A stretch of 63,784 nucleotides of DNA, the filler included, from Octopus bimaculoides (Eukaryota): assembly GCF_001194135.2 (NCBI RefSeq). It is 8 parts of 8 records of this genome, joined end to end, with 100 filler letters (N's around TTAATTAATTAA, not from the genome) between each part and the next. Parts side by side here need not be neighbours in the genome. Positions count along the whole stretch, not along the records: positions 62,687 to 63,784 come from NW_026306499.1; 7 more parts are not named here. One strand, written 5' to 3'. A model generated the notes under the pieces. The model worked only from the letters and a program-made list of their open reading frames with translations, did not search any database and was not told the DNA's origin. Numbering within the stretch: the first letter of the stretch is position 1; each line of letters begins with the position of its first letter. Below, piece by piece: positions 62,993-63,784 of the stretch. Made by a program: the position numbers and the translations under genes.

Positions 62993-63784
62993 GTAAGATA
63001 TTTTCCCATTTTTTTTTCTCCCCCTTTTGCATGTCTGGTTTGGCTTCATAAATTTCTAACATTAAAAATAAAAATAATCAAAACAGCAGTTTATTTGTTA
63101 CAGAATATTTCATACTTTCTCCATCTGTACTTTTCCATTACGAACAAACACTGTGGTTTTTAAAAGTTGAAGGCAGAGCTACAAATTGTAGTATTTATCA
63201 TTTAGTGTCTCTATTCCCTGCTGGCCTGGGTTGGATGGTTTAACAGGACCCAATGGGCCCAAGACCTGCAGCTTGTTCCAGTGTCTTCTTTGGCATGTTT
63301 CTTGTGGCTGGATGCTCTTCTTGTATGTGCACTTCCATTCACACACTCTGATACATGTAACATGCTTTGTGTAGCAGGTGTTGTTTATCATACCACCAAC
63401 ACTAGTGATTGTGGCCATGCAACTTGTAAGATTGCAAACCCGAGAAAGGTATGCTAGGAGACAAGGGAGTTTAAAGTATGAGGGAAGGGGCCAGAGCAGA
63501 ACAGGTTTCTTGTTGTTGAGGAACTACATGACTACTTGCATTATAGATGAAAGGGCGGAAGTAAGTGGGGTGGAGGTGGAAAGTAATAAAAAAATTGCCG
63601 TGATGAGGTGTCGGTGGGTAGAAATGTGTGGTGCCAGGTGTTCATGAACCAAATCTTTTTTCCATTTGTCTTCCAATAGCCATATTGCAGACTTTGCATG
63701 TTGAGTGGCTGGTTGGTGCCCAGTGTGAGTTGCCATTGCAAAACCAACACAGCCATAATGTTTTGCAGTGTCTGAAATGTGTTT

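Noticed and set aside
46-63756. Most ORF-track entries ([16 protein letters not shown], poly-X)
   Set aside because: They are translations of microsatellites, N gaps or SINE bodies.

Overview
AT-rich, microsatellite- and transposon-dense animal genomic DNA from a gapped draft assembly. The SINE families and overall texture suggest an octopus or other coleoid cephalopod (inference). Host coding sequence is sparse. (1) Four phase-consistent minus-strand exons (47833->43829) encode the PAS-A end, linker and PAS-B start of a trachealess/NPAS1/NPAS3 bHLH-PAS factor; its bHLH exons and the rest of PAS-B are not visible. (2) Four more phase-consistent minus-strand exons (41802->36148) immediately downstream encode a protein I cannot assign to a family. 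(3) A plus-strand Glu/Ala/Pro-rich exon fragment lies at 62687-62992. The rest is decayed mobile DNA: Tc1, mariner and maT-like transposons, hAT- and piggyBac-like MITEs, L1/Tx1, CR1-like and RTE LINEs, a Penelope-like element and three tRNA-derived SINE families. The most striking non-coding observation is a single insertion (32913-33629, 12-bp TSD) into a CR1-like LINE. It consists of two inverted arms, each carrying a minimal type I hammerhead ribozyme motif, and one arm also shows a tRNA B-box-like head. Seven 100-nt gaps contain a TTAATTAATTAA spacer, so contig adjacency across them is uncertain.
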